DNA of 64,000 nucleotides from an uncultured Chloroflexia bacterium. Lineage in GTDB: Bacteria > Chloroflexota > Limnocylindria > Limnocylindrales > CSP1-4. The stretch spans positions 37,471 to 101,470 of the forward strand of contig CAWCEC010000005.1 in assembly GCA_963794525.1 (NCBI GenBank), written 5' to 3'. Made by a program: the position numbers and the translations under genes. This document shows, in pieces, positions 22,293-33,351 of the stretch; within the stretch, counting starts at the first letter, position 1; every line of letters begins with the position of its first letter. Below the pieces are notes generated by a model. The model did no database searches and had not been told where the DNA came from. It saw nothing but the letters and a program-made list of their open reading frames with translations.

Positions 22293-23704
22293 CCCGCCCT
22301 GGCGGCTTCGAGGCGATCGACGATGGCCGCTTGACGCCTTCGACCGGGATCCGCTCCTGGCTCATCGAGTCGCGCTCGCGCAGGGTGACCTGGCGGTCTT
22401 CGAGCAAATCGACGTCGACCGTGATGCACCAGGGCGTGCCGATCTCGTCCTGGCGCCGGTAGAGCTTGCCGATCGCGGCCGTATCGTCGTAAACGGCCAT
22501 CATGTCGCGCTTCAGGTCGTCCTTGATCCATGGCACAGCTGGACGATCTCGGGACGCTTCTTCAGCAGCGGCAGGACCGCGACCTTGTACGGCGCGAGCT
22601 GGGGATGGAGGGCGAGCGAGACGCGGGTCTCGCCGCGGACTTCCTCCTCGCGATAGGTGTCGAGGAGGAACGTGAGTGTCGCCCGGTCGGCGCCGGCGGA
22701 AGTTTCCATGATCCACGGGATGAAGTGCTCTTCGGTCGCCGGGTCGAAGTAGTCGAGGCGCTCGCCGGACACCTCGCTGTGGCGCGACAGGTCGAAGTCG
22801 CCCCGGTTGTGGACGCCCTCCAGCTCCTTCCAGCCGAACGGGAAGCGATACTCGACGTCGACCGCCTTCTTGGCGTAGTGGGCCAGCTCGTCCGTGGCGT
22901 GCTCGCGGAGCCGGAGCCGGGCCGGCGTCGACGCCATAGTGCTCGTACCACGCGCGGCGGCTTGGGCAGCCACTCCTCGAAGGCGGCGGCGGCTTCGTCA
23001 CCGGGACGGACGAAATACTGCATCTCCATCTGCTCGAACTCGCGCGTCCGGAAGATCGAGTTGCCCGGGCTGATCTCGTTGCGGAACGCTCTTGCCGATC
23101 TGGGCGATCCCGAACGGGATCTTCTTGCGGTCGTCGACTGCACGTTCTTGAAGTTGACGTAGGAGCCCTGGGCGGTCTCCGGGCGGAGGTAGACGATCGA
23201 CGATTCGTCCTGGACCGGGCCCATGTGGGTCTTGAACATCAGGTTGAACCGGCGTGGCGCCGACAGCGGACCGCCGTCGACCGGGCACTTCAGCCCGAGC
23301 CGCTCGACGATCGCCTCGTCGCGCAGCTCGGTCGCGCTGAGGTTCTCCGCACCGGGCAGCTCATCGAGCCGATAGCGCCGGTGGCAGGTCGCGCACTCGA
23401 CGAGCGGGTCCTGAAGCGACCCGACATGGCCGGAGGTGACCCACACCTGGGGGTGCATCAGGATCCCGGCGTCGAGCCCGACCACGTCGTCGCGCAGCTG
23501 GACCATCGACCGCCACCACGCTCGCTTGACGTTGCTCTTCAGCTCGACCCCGAGCGGGCCGTAGTCCCACACGGCGTTGATCCCGCCGTAGATCTCGGAC
23601 GAGGGGAAGATGAAGCCACGCCGCTTGCCGAGCGAGACGATCGTGTCGAGGTTGGCAACGGCGGGCGCGACCGACTCAGGATCGGGGGTCTGGGAGTGGG
23701 TCAC
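22289..23704 (-). pseudogene. glyQS: Glycine--tRNA ligase (alpha2 GlyQS type), at least 4 frame breaks, most likely consensus errors
   Basis: N-terminus [20 protein letters not shown] and class II motifs ([25 protein letters not shown]). Later parts lie in frames 22512..22973, 21034..23001 and 22289..22531 ([50 protein letters not shown], end ...AAIVDRLEAARAG*). Confidence 0.85.
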
Positions 23705-23795
23705 GACGGGGGGACTCCGCTGGGGCGATCGGCCGTGGCAGGGACGAGCGCGGGTGACGTTGGTCGGCCGATGCTAGCAGACCGGCCGGACGGTC

Positions 23796-24101
23796 CTAGC
23801 CGGCGACCAGATCCTGGTAATCGGGATGGGCCCGGATGAAGCGGGCCACGAACGGGCAGTCCGGACGGACCCGCAGCCCTCTGACCCGGGCGTCGTCCAG
23901 GGCGTGTCGGGCCAGCCGGTCGGCCAGGCCACGACCACGGAAGGCGCGATCCACCTCCGTATGGACCAGGGTGATCATGGCGGCGGAATCATCGAGACGG
24001 TAGGTCAGGATGCCGGCCAGCGCACCGTCGGCCGTGACCTCGTACCGACGGAACCCCGGATTGTCGCGCACCGCGATTGCATCATCGGCGGCCTGAGTCA
24101 T
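23796..24101 (-). CDS. Small GNAT-like N-acetyltransferase (about 100 aa, YjdJ-like)
   Basis: MTQAADDAIAVRDNPGFRRYEV...ITLVHTEVDRAFRGRGLADRLARHALDDAR...VRPDCPFVARFI, the typical single-domain GNAT_acetyltran pattern. An alternative ATG lies at 24116. Confidence 0.7.
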   Translation of the reverse strand: MTQAADDAIAVRDNPGFRRYEVTADGALAGILTYRLDDSAAMITLVHTEVDRAFRGRGLADRLARHALDDARVRGLRVRPDCPFVARFIRAHPDYQDLVAG

Positions 24102-25314
24102 GCCGATCCCCGCCATCCTCGGGAGCCCCGGCCGGGAGGCTGGCCATGAGCAGCCGCAGCGCGTTGCCGCCCATGATCGCGGCAATATCCGGTCGCCGAA
24201 CCCCTCGCGGATCAGGGCGTCGGTGACCTGCGGATGCCGGTGGCATCGAACGGCGTCGGCACGGCACCGTCGAAGTCGGAGCCAAGCCCGACGTGGTCCA
24301 GGCCCGCGAGCTCGACGGCGGCCCGATCGAGCGAGCGATCGAGGCGGCGTCATCGCCACCGCTGGCCACCGGCCAGAAACCGATCCCGACGAGACCGCCG
24401 GTCGCTGCGATCCCCCGGACCTGGTCATCGGTCAGGTTGCGGATCCCGGGGTGGCTGCGCGGACACCGGTGTGCGACGCGACGACCGGTCTAGCGGCCAG
24501 TGACAGGACATCGTCGATCGTCGCCGACGAGGCGTGGGCGACGTCCATGATCAGCCCCGTCGCCTCCATCCCTGACAGGAGGTCGCGGCCGGCCGCCGTC
24601 AATCCGCCCTTGACGACGCCGTGCGCCGAGCCGCCGTAGGCGGTGTCGAAGAAATGCGCCGGCGAGAGCATGCGATAGCCGGCGGCCGCGAGGATCTCGA
24701 GGTCGGCGAGATCGCCTTCGAGCACCTGGGCGCCCTCGATCGCCAGGAACGCGGCGGTGATCTCGCGATCCGTCGCGCGACGAGCGAGGAATGCCTCGAT
24801 GTCCTGGCGTGTCTCGATCAGCGTCAGCGCCCCGGCTGAGTCGGCGGCCATGGTCCGCAGCCGGAGGGCGAGATGGAGCGCCCGCGCAAGCGTGCTGCCC
24901 CACGTGGCACGTGGCCAGCGCTGCGCAAGGGCGAGCAGGGTGACGTCGTCAGTGCGGTCGTCGTTGCGCTCGAGGTTGGCGCGCCGGGGCACCTTGGTCG
25001 ATGCGGCCATGCCGACGATCGCGACGCCGCCCTCGATCAGGCGCGGGACGTCCAGGTGGCCGTAGCTCGACCCGCCGCCGGAGGTCACGTCCCCATAGCA
25101 GCGAATCGGCGTGCAGGTCGACGACGGTCAGCGACCGATGCAGCTCTACGGCCCGTGGCGAGGCACGGTACGGGCGTGGCTGGAGGACGCGGTTGCGACG
25201 GCGCTCGACCAGTCCCGAGACGACGCCGCCGAGAGCGGCGGCGCCGGCCAGGGCTGCGGCGAGGGACGCGATGGTCCCCGCCGCGATCGCGGCGGCGCGG
25301 GTCAGGCGCGCCAC
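24082..25314 (-). pseudogene. Membrane dipeptidase (peptidase M19), at least 3 frame breaks
   Basis: N-terminal TM segment, then LTVVDLHADSLLW, AFLAIEGAQVL, GLIMDVAHASSATIDDVL and DIAAIMGGNALRLL, distributed over frames 24949..25314, 24432..25088, 23796..24428 and 24082..24369. Confidence 0.75.
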
Positions 25315-25324
25315 CGCTCCAGGT

Positions 25325-26247
25325 TCATCGTCGGGTTTCGGTCTCCTCGACCTCGACGTCGACTTCGATGGTCTCGCGCTTTCGGCTGGTTCGCGTCAAC
25401 AGGAGCGCCGCGAACGAGCCCAGACCGAGCAGTGCCAGCAGCAGGCGGACACCACCGAGGCTTGTCGGTGCGCTCGCATCGAGCGAATCGGTCGGGGGCA
25501 GGGTGTTCCCTGGGGCGGTGCCCTGGGTCGGCAGGACGTTGCCAGTCGGGGCGGGCGTGCCCTGGGTCGGGGCCGGCGTGCCCTGGGTGGGCGCCGGGGT
25601 CCCCTGCGTCGGGGCCGGTGTGCCTTGGGTCGGCGCCGGAGTCCCCTGCGTCGGGGCAGGCCGGTGGTGCCCTGGGTCGGCTGGACACCGCCACACTCGA
25701 TCACGAGCGGGACGAAGCGACCGACATTGTCCAGCGGCGTGTAGCCGTCCTCGCTGTCGTCGGCGACGAGGACGTGCGCACGCAGCGTGTAGCTGCCCGG
25801 CGCGAGGCCGGCCGCGCCTTCGTAGCCGTCGGCCAAGGTGCCATCGCCGTTCACCCAGGCGAACGAGCCGTGGGTCGAGTCGATCACCTTGGATCCGTCG
25901 ATGTTGATATAGGCATTGTCGGTCCGGGTCTGACGCGCCTTCTCGTCACCCTGGATGAGGACGAGCGCCGCCAGGGTCTCCGTATCGCAGTCGTACTTGA
26001 GGTAGAGCTTTGCGCGGACCGGCCTGCCGGCGACGCCACCGTCGGTCATGTCGGCGAAGAAGTCGGCACTGAGCGACCAGTCACCGATCGTGCCGTCGAT
26101 CGTCGCGGTACCGGCGTTCGGGGTCGGCGCTGCCGCCATGGACGCCGGCGCGAACGCCGCCGTGAGGAGAAGGGCGCCGGCCACCATCGCGGCCGCTGTC
26201 CGGGTCAGCGACATTCGCCGACGTCGCCCTGTCGAGTACCCCCGCAT
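25325..26247 (-). CDS. Secreted/cell-surface protein with (PTQGTPA)n linker and C-terminal TM anchor (one frameshift in the repeat, near 25662)
   Basis: AGGAGG lies 6 nt before the ATG at 26247. Signal peptide MRGYSTGRRRRMSLTRTAAAMVAGALLLTAAFAPASMAAAP, a ~190-aa globular part, heptad repeats, then LPPTDS...GGVRLLLALLGLGSFAALLLTRTSRKRE. Confidence 0.7.
25557..25680. repeat. Tandem 21-bp repeat (about 6 units) encoding PTQGTPA
   Basis: The units gtgccctgggtcggggccggc / gtgccctgggtgggcgccggg / gtcccctgcgtcggggccggt / gtgccttgggtcggcgccgga / gtcccctgcgtcggggcaggc lie head to tail. Confidence 0.9.
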
Positions 26248-26510
26248 GAGGACCTCCTGGAACTCCGGGATACCTCCCGGGTCGGTGAGCCGCCCAGCGG
26301 ATTCCCCCTGATCGACTCGGATTACTCCTGCATCATGGCAGTGCGCGCCCCGAAGGGCCAGTACGAATGGGCCAGCGGGCATCACATCGGCGTCAACTGA
26401 TACCCACCTGCAATGTTCCTCGCCCCACGACAATGCACCTGACCCGATTCGGGTGATGGTGCATGCGCGCACCACCAGTCATGGCCCGATGGTCCCGCCC
26501 TGCGGCGGGC

Positions 26511-27275
26511 TCAGGTGATCGCGCGGACCTCGTCGAGGAACGCCAGCGAGCGCGCCTCACGCTCCAGGACGTGGCGGACGAAGTCGCGCAGGGCGGTCTC
26601 GGCCTCTCGCTCGACCTCGATCTGGAGGCGCAGTCCTGCAAGTGCCTCGATATCCAGCCGCTGATACGCCTTCAGCAATTTCAGCGACTCGAGGGTCAAG
26701 CCCGTCCGATCGTGCGGCGGGCCCGGACACCGCTCGCAGACGATGCCACCCAGCGGCGGGACCCAGCGGAAACGCTCGTCCGACTCGAGCACGCGGTCGC
26801 ACTCGACGCAACGGTCGACCTCGGGGCGGACGCCCAGCTCATCGAGCAGATGCATCTCGAACCAGCGGGCCACGCGTCCAGGCGCCATGCCCGCATCAAG
26901 CAGCTCGTAGGCCCTCCGCAACAGGGCGTATAGCGGCTCGGCGGCGTGTCGCTCCTCGAGGCTCCGGTCCGCGAGCTCAGCCAGATACCACGCGGTCGCC
27001 GCGCTCTCGAGATCGTCCCGCAGTTTGAGCCAGGCGTGGCCGACGCTGACCTGGGTCACGACGTCGAATGTGCGCCCGCGTGCCAGGGCCACGGTCAGCT
27101 CCGCGAACGGTTCGAGGCTGCCACCGAGCCTCGAAGTCGGCTTGCGGATGCCCTTCGCGATCGCTTTGAGCTTGCCGCCCCCCGGCGTGATCAGGGTCAG
27201 GACACGATCGGCCTCGCCGAGGTCGAACCGCGAGAGCACGATGGCGTCCGTGGTATAGCGTCGCGGGATCGGCAT
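26511..27275 (-). CDS. recO: DNA repair protein RecO
   Basis: 254-aa ORF with N-terminal OB-fold pattern (AIVLSRFDLGEADRVLTL) and a Cys4 zinc motif (CVECDR...CERC). Confidence 0.9.
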   Translation of the reverse strand: MPIPRRYTTDAIVLSRFDLGEADRVLTLITPGGGKLKAIAKGIRKPTSRLGGSLEPFAELTVALARGRTFDVVTQVSVGHAWLKLRDDLESAATAWYLAELADRSLEERHAAEPLYALLRRAYELLDAGMAPGRVARWFEMHLLDELGVRPEVDRCVECDRVLESDERFRWVPPLGGIVCERCPGPPHDRTGLTLESLKLLKAYQRLDIEALAGLRLQIEVEREAETALRDFVRHVLEREARSLAFLDEVRAIT

Positions 27276-27503
27276 CTCGCTCCGGACGGTAGCACCCCAG
27301 CCTCCGGACCGTGGCCGCGTGGATTCCTGTCAACGATTTCACGTGTCATCCATTCATCCGGATCGGGACGACCCGCGTATCCGTATCAGGCGCCGGTGCG
27401 GTCGCGTCCCCCGCACCGGCGCTCATCGCTGTCCGCAACGTGCCGCTCGACGGCCAATCAACAGGCTACTTCCGGCGGACATGTTTCGGTGTACACTGGC
27501 CGC

Positions 27504-28529
27504 GTGACCACCGCCTCGCCGGACCTGGACCTCGCCGACCTCATCGCCGACACCGAGGGCGAGATCGTCCGCCTGGTCCGCGATCGCGATCCATCCACAC
27601 ACGGACTGTACGAGATGGTCCGCTACCACCTCGCGCTCGATGGCAAGGGTGCCAACGGCGGGAAGCGGGTCCGACCGCTGCTCGGCCTCCTCGCGTATGC
27701 CTCCATCGCCGGTGATCACAGCAAGGCATTGCCCGGCGCGGCGGCTGTCGAGCTCGGTCACAACTTCAGCCTCGTCCACGACGACATCGAGGACGGCGAC
27801 ACCGAACGGCGCCACCGACCCACCCTATGGACGGTGCATGGCGTCCCGCAAGCGATCAACGCCGGCGACACCCTGTTCAGCCTGTCGCGGATCGCGCTCC
27901 ATCGACTGACCGACCTCGGGTTCTCCGACGCGAAGGTCATCCGGCTCATGCGCCTGTTCGACGAGACCTGCCTGGCGCTGTGCGAGGGCCAGTACATCGA
28001 CATCGCGACGAGCGAGTCGAACGAGGTCATGTCGGTCGAGGCGTATTTCGACATGATCGGGCGCAAGACGGCGGCGCTGATCGCCGCCTCGATCGAGGCT
28101 GGTGCGCTGCTGGCGACCGATGACGAGGAGGTCATCCGGCGCTATCGCGCGTTCGGGTGGGCGCTGGGGATCGCGTTCCAGCTCAACGACGACCTCCTCG
28201 GCATCTGGGGTGCTGAGCAGACGACCGGCAAGGAAGCGTCCGACGTTGCCCATAAGAAGAAGACGCTGCCGGTGATCTACGCGGTCGAGCAAGCCGGTCC
28301 CGAGGATCGCGCGCGTCTGCTCGAGCTGTACGCGAGGTCATCGCCGTCATCGGTCGAGCTGGCAGAGATCGTCCGGATCCTGGAGCGGGTGGGCGCGCGC
28401 GACTACACCCGGGACACGGCGCGGCGTTACCGCGACGAGGCGCTCGCCGAGCTGGATGCCGCGGGGGTGGTCCAGCCGGCAGCGCGGGCGCGGCTCGAGG
28501 AGATCATCGTCGGGGTGATCTCGGCCTAG
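27504..28529 (+). CDS. Polyprenyl diphosphate synthase (GGPP/FPP synthase family)
   Basis: First and second Asp-rich motifs are LVHDDIEDGD and FQLNDDLLG. GTG at 27504 is chosen as the start; the long upstream part of ORF 26946..28529 is antisense to recO. Confidence 0.9.
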   Translation: MTTASPDLDLADLIADTEGEIVRLVRDRDPSTHGLYEMVRYHLALDGKGANGGKRVRPLLGLLAYASIAGDHSKALPGAAAVELGHNFSLVHDDIEDGDTERRHRPTLWTVHGVPQAINAGDTLFSLSRIALHRLTDLGFSDAKVIRLMRLFDETCLALCEGQYIDIATSESNEVMSVEAYFDMIGRKTAALIAASIEAGALLATDDEEVIRRYRAFGWALGIAFQLNDDLLGIWGAEQTTGKEASDVAHKKKTLPVIYAVEQAGPEDRARLLELYARSSPSSVELAEIVRILERVGARDYTRDTARRYRDEALAELDAAGVVQPAARARLEEIIVGVISA

Positions 28530-28792
28530 GGCGTCGCGCGGGTCGCGCGAGCATGAGCGCGGCGATTCTGGTGGGGTCGTAACAATCGGCCCTTCGATGG
28601 GCACAAGGGCCTTACAGGGCCCGTCGGCGCGTTCAGTCGGTCCTGCCCACGCACGATCGCGGTCCGGAACCGGCCCTTGTTGGCCGCGATGCCGTGGTTT
28701 TTCCGATGGGGGCGGAATCGAAGGCCGTATCCGCGCAATGGTGCACGCATCGCTGGGCGGCGAACGCCGAGCGCGAGTCTCAGGCCACAGGA

Positions 28793-28932
28793 GCGACTGG
28801 GAGGCATGTTTTTCGGGCCGAGACGGGAGACGAGGCTCGCCTCGGTCGGGATCCGTGCGTGCCAGTCACGGTCGGGAGCCGAGGAGGTCGTTCTGGCCGG
28901 GTTCGGTTCGAAAAGGTGACTGTTAGTCACGC
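28793..28932. repeat. Copy A of a ~140-nt inverted-repeat intergenic element (diverged copy)
   Basis: The right arm ggttcggttcgaaaaggtgactgttagtcacg is about 80% identical to 51099-51131. The left arm gcgactgggaggcatgtttttcgggccgag is its imperfect reverse complement. Confidence 0.6.
28911..28930 (-). terminator. Putative intrinsic terminator downstream of corC (part of repeat copy A)
   Basis: The minus strand reads GTGACT-aac-AGTCAC followed by CTTTTCG, 26 nt after the stop at 28957. Confidence 0.4.
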
Positions 28933-28956
28933 CTTGGCGTGGCGCGTCGAGCCCGC

Positions 28957-30290
<1,334 letters not shown>

Positions 30291-30294
<4 letters not shown>

Positions 30295-31784
30295 GTGGAG
30301 CCGTCACCGGTTGCGGGTTCCGACGGGTCGACGTCCAAGGCGGCATCGACCTCCAGAGCGGCATCTACCCGCGACGCCGTGTCGGCTTGCGACGCGGCGT
30401 CTGCCGCGGGTCTGGCGCGCGGCTCGCGGATCCGGGCCGGCACACCGACCGCCAGCTTGCCCGGCGGGACGTCCTTCGTGACGACCGCCCCGGCGCCGGT
30501 CTTCGCGCCAGCGCCGATCTCACGGGGCGCGACGATCATCGTGTCGACGCCGATGAACGCGCCGTCGCCGATCGTGGTCCGGGCTTTGCGCGTCCCGTCG
30601 TAGTTGGCCGTCACGGTGCCGGCGCCGATGTTGACGTTGGCGCCGATCTCGGCATCGCCGAGATAGCTCATGTGGTGCTGCTTGGAGCCCGGCCCGAGCT
30701 GTGCGTTCTTGAGCTCGGCGTAGTTGCCGACTTCCGCCCCCCGCCCCACGACGCTGCCCGGTCGCAGGTGGCTGTACGGCCCGATCGTGGCGTCGTCCTC
30801 GACCGTCGACACCTCCACGATCGACGCCCATACGCGGGTATTTCGGCCGATGGTCGAATCGACGATCTGGCTGCCGGCGCCGATGACGCTCCCCTCCCCG
30901 ACCGACGTGGCACCACGGAGGATCACGTTGGGCTCGATGGTGACGTCGGGCGCGAGCGTGACGTCCCAATCGAGGTAGACGGTCGAGGGGTCGCGCATCG
31001 TCACGCCGTCGCGCATGTGCTCCTCGTTGCGACGGACGCGCAGGCTCCATTCGGCGGCGGCGAGCTGCGAGCGGTCGTTGATGCCGTCGAACCGGCCGTC
31101 GTCCTCGAAGGCGACCGCGCTCACGAGCCGGCCGTCCTCGCGGGCGAGGCGGATGAGCTCGGTCAGATACAGCTCGCCGGTCCGTGCTGACGGCACCAGC
31201 GCGCCGATCCGGCGTCGCAGCCAGGTTGCATCGAAGGCGTACAGCCCGGCATTGACCTCGTTGTTGGCAAGCTCTTCCTCCGTCGCGTCCTTGGCCTCGA
31301 CGATCGATTCGACGGTGCCGAATTCGCTCCGGACCACGCGACCCAGCCGGTCCGGATCCGCGGCGAAGAACGTCGCCAAGGCGATAGCCGCGTCATCCTC
31401 GCGCCGCGCATCGAGGATCGCCCGGAGCTCCTCGCCCGTGACGAGGGGCACGTCGCCGGACAGGACCAGGATCTCGGTCGCGTCGTCGGGGACGGCCTCG
31501 AGGGCAGCGCGGACCGCATCCCCGGTGCCACGCGGCTCGTCCTGGAGCGCGAAGTCGGCGCGCTCGGTGAACGGGGCGCGAATCGCCTCGACCGGCGGGG
31601 AGTAGACGACGATCGGGCGGGCGCCGCGGTCGGGGACACCGAGGGACCCGGCGGCGTCGGCCCAGGCATCGAGCACGAAGGCGAGCATCGGCCGGCCGCA
31701 CAGGGTGTGGAGGACCTTGGGCAGCGACGACTTCATGCGCGTGCCGAGGCCCGCAGCCAGCACGACTGCGGTGGCGGTGCTCAC
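30291..31784 (-). CDS. glmU: Bifunctional UDP-N-acetylglucosamine pyrophosphorylase / GlcN-1-P acetyltransferase, with ~45-aa low-complexity C-terminal tail
   Basis: VVLAAGLGTRMKS nucleotidyltransferase motif and a left-handed beta-helix hexapeptide region. The stop overlaps the corC start. Confidence 0.95.
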
Positions 31785-31954
31785 GTTCGAGCCCGAATGT
31801 CTGGACTTGGGGGGTTCATGCGCGGCGCCGGGCGTGCGCGTGGCGTTCGGTGCCCACGCTGCATCCGAAGCCCGACGGGCGGAGGGGTAGGTTCATGAGG
31901 TAGTCCGCCGGATGGTATGGGTGCCCCGTGAGAGCGTCAAGCGAGGGACGGTGC

Positions 31955-32338
31955 TCACGGGCGCCGCGCGATCACCTCGATCTCGACCCGCGCGCCCTTC
32001 GGCAGTCCGGCCACGGCGACCGTGCTCCGGGCAGGCGGCGGGTCCGAAAAGAAGCCCGCGTAGACCCCATTCATCGCGGCGAAGTCACCCATGTCGGTGA
32101 GGAAGACCGTGGTCTTGACGACATCGCCGAAGCTGACGCCGGCCGCGTCGAGGACGGCCCCGACGTTGCGCAGCGCACGCGCGGTCTGGTCCTCGATGGT
32201 GCCGTCGTTCATCTCGCCGGTCGCGGGATCGAGCGCGACCTGGCCGGCACAGAACACGAGATCGCCCGTGACGATGGCCTGGCTGTATGGCCCGACCGCG
32301 GCCGGGGCGTTCGTCGTCGAGATGGCCTGGCGGGTCAT
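31955..32338 (-). CDS. ridA: RidA/YjgF family reactive-intermediate deaminase
   Basis: MTRQAISTTNAPAAVGPYSQAIVTGDLVFCAGQVALDP...ARVEIEVIA. The ATG overlaps the ispE stop (ATGA). Confidence 0.9.
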   Translation of the reverse strand: MTRQAISTTNAPAAVGPYSQAIVTGDLVFCAGQVALDPATGEMNDGTIEDQTARALRNVGAVLDAAGVSFGDVVKTTVFLTDMGDFAAMNGVYAGFFSDPPPARSTVAVAGLPKGARVEIEVIARRP

Positions 32339-33351
32339 GTCACCTCTCCCTCGTGTCCCGGCTTCGCGGTCCGGATGGTCGTCGCGATGATCGATGGCGG
32401 ACCGTCGCCGATCGACGGGATCGTGCCGTCGTCGATCGCCGTGCGAACGATCGCCGCGGCGGCTTCCGCGTCGCCGAGCGAAGGATAGAGGGTCCACAGC
32501 GTCGGCCCCGAGCCGGACAGCCCGATCGGCTGACCGAGCACCCGGGTCAGGGCGCGCCGGACGCCGACGAGACCCGGTTCGACCAGGATCACGGCCGGCA
32601 GGAGGTCGTTGGCTGACGCGAGCACCCCGGCCCGGGCGAGGAGATCGGTGGCCGACAGCCCGTTGCCGAGCTCCTGTGCGAGGTGCGCCGAGGTCATCCG
32701 GACCGACCCATCGCCGCCGCCGCGCGCGCCGTCGAACACGGCGAACACGTCGGGGGTGCGGACCGCCACCCGGGGCGTCACGAGCAGGATGCCGGGATGA
32801 CCGTGGACGCCGGTGAGGGGCGTGACACGCTCGCCCCGGCCTTCGACCAGCGCGGGACCACCGGACAGGAAGAAGGGCACGTCGGAACCGATGCCCGCCG
32901 CGGCGTGCAGACGGCGATCCGCGTCGACCTCGGCAGCCGCACCCCACGCTTCGAGCGCGCCGTCGAAGGCCGCGGCGGCGTCGGACGAGCCGCCACCCAA
33001 TCCGGCCGCGACCGGGATGCGCTTCTCGAGCCGCGCGGCCAGCGATGGCGTCGCCGGCCGACCGGGCCCCTCGCCGACGGCGGTCCGGGCGGCCGCGATC
33101 GCCCGGAGCACCAGGTTGTCCTCGAGCGGCCCTGGGTCGAGACCGCTGACGTGCAGCGTGTCCATCTGCCCGGCCGCACGCGCCGGGGCCAGCGTCAGGA
33201 CGTCGTGGAGCCCGAGCGGAACGAACACCGAATGCAGGTCATGGAAGCCGTCGGGCCGCCGGCCGACCACCGACAGGGTCAGGTTCAATTTCGCCGGTGC
33301 GAGACGGACGACCGGGGTCAGGTGCGCCGATCCCGACCTGCCCGTCGTCAT
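32335..33351 (-). CDS. ispE: 4-diphosphocytidyl-2-C-methyl-D-erythritol kinase
   Basis: APAKLNLTLSV and the GHMP kinase motif KRIPVAAGLGGGSSDAAA. The ATG at 33351 overlaps the rsmA stop. Confidence 0.9.
   Translation of the reverse strand: MTTGRSGSAHLTPVVRLAPAKLNLTLSVVGRRPDGFHDLHSVFVPLGLHDVLTLAPARAAGQMDTLHVSGLDPGPLEDNLVLRAIAAARTAVGEGPGRPATPSLAARLEKRIPVAAGLGGGSSDAAAAFDGALEAWGAAAEVDADRRLHAAAGIGSDVPFFLSGGPALVEGRGERVTPLTGVHGHPGILLVTPRVAVRTPDVFAVFDGARGGGDGSVRMTSAHLAQELGNGLSATDLLARAGVLASANDLLPAVILVEPGLVGVRRALTRVLGQPIGLSGSGPTLWTLYPSLGDAEAAAAIVRTAIDDGTIPSIGDGPPSIIATTIRTAKPGHEGEVT

Noticed and set aside
23705-23795. T-box leader upstream of glyQS.
   Set aside because: The spacer is only about 90 nt before the convergent/adjacent GNAT gene. 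No T-box sequence (AANNNGGGTGGTACCGCG-like) or specifier-loop architecture is seen.
25470-25500. LPXTG sortase sorting signal in the surface protein.
   Set aside because: The motif is LPPTDS, with no Gly at position 5. It is followed by an unusually long acidic tail rather than a short basic one, so a plain TM anchor is the safer call.
6000-26300. Genomic island or mobile element explaining the accessory 6-26 kb segment.
   Set aside because: There is no integrase, transposase, tRNA attachment site or flanking direct repeats, and no obvious GC shift. The segment contains essential glyQS and ordinary metabolic genes.
28526-28930. ORFs of 80-134 aa inside the 28.5-28.96 kb spacer (28526..28930 minus; 28597..28926, 28677..28919 and 28694..28960 plus).
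   Set aside because: They overlap one another in several frames, their translations are Arg/Pro/Gly-rich and non-protein-like, and they have no RBS. The region is better explained as non-coding with repeats and hairpins.
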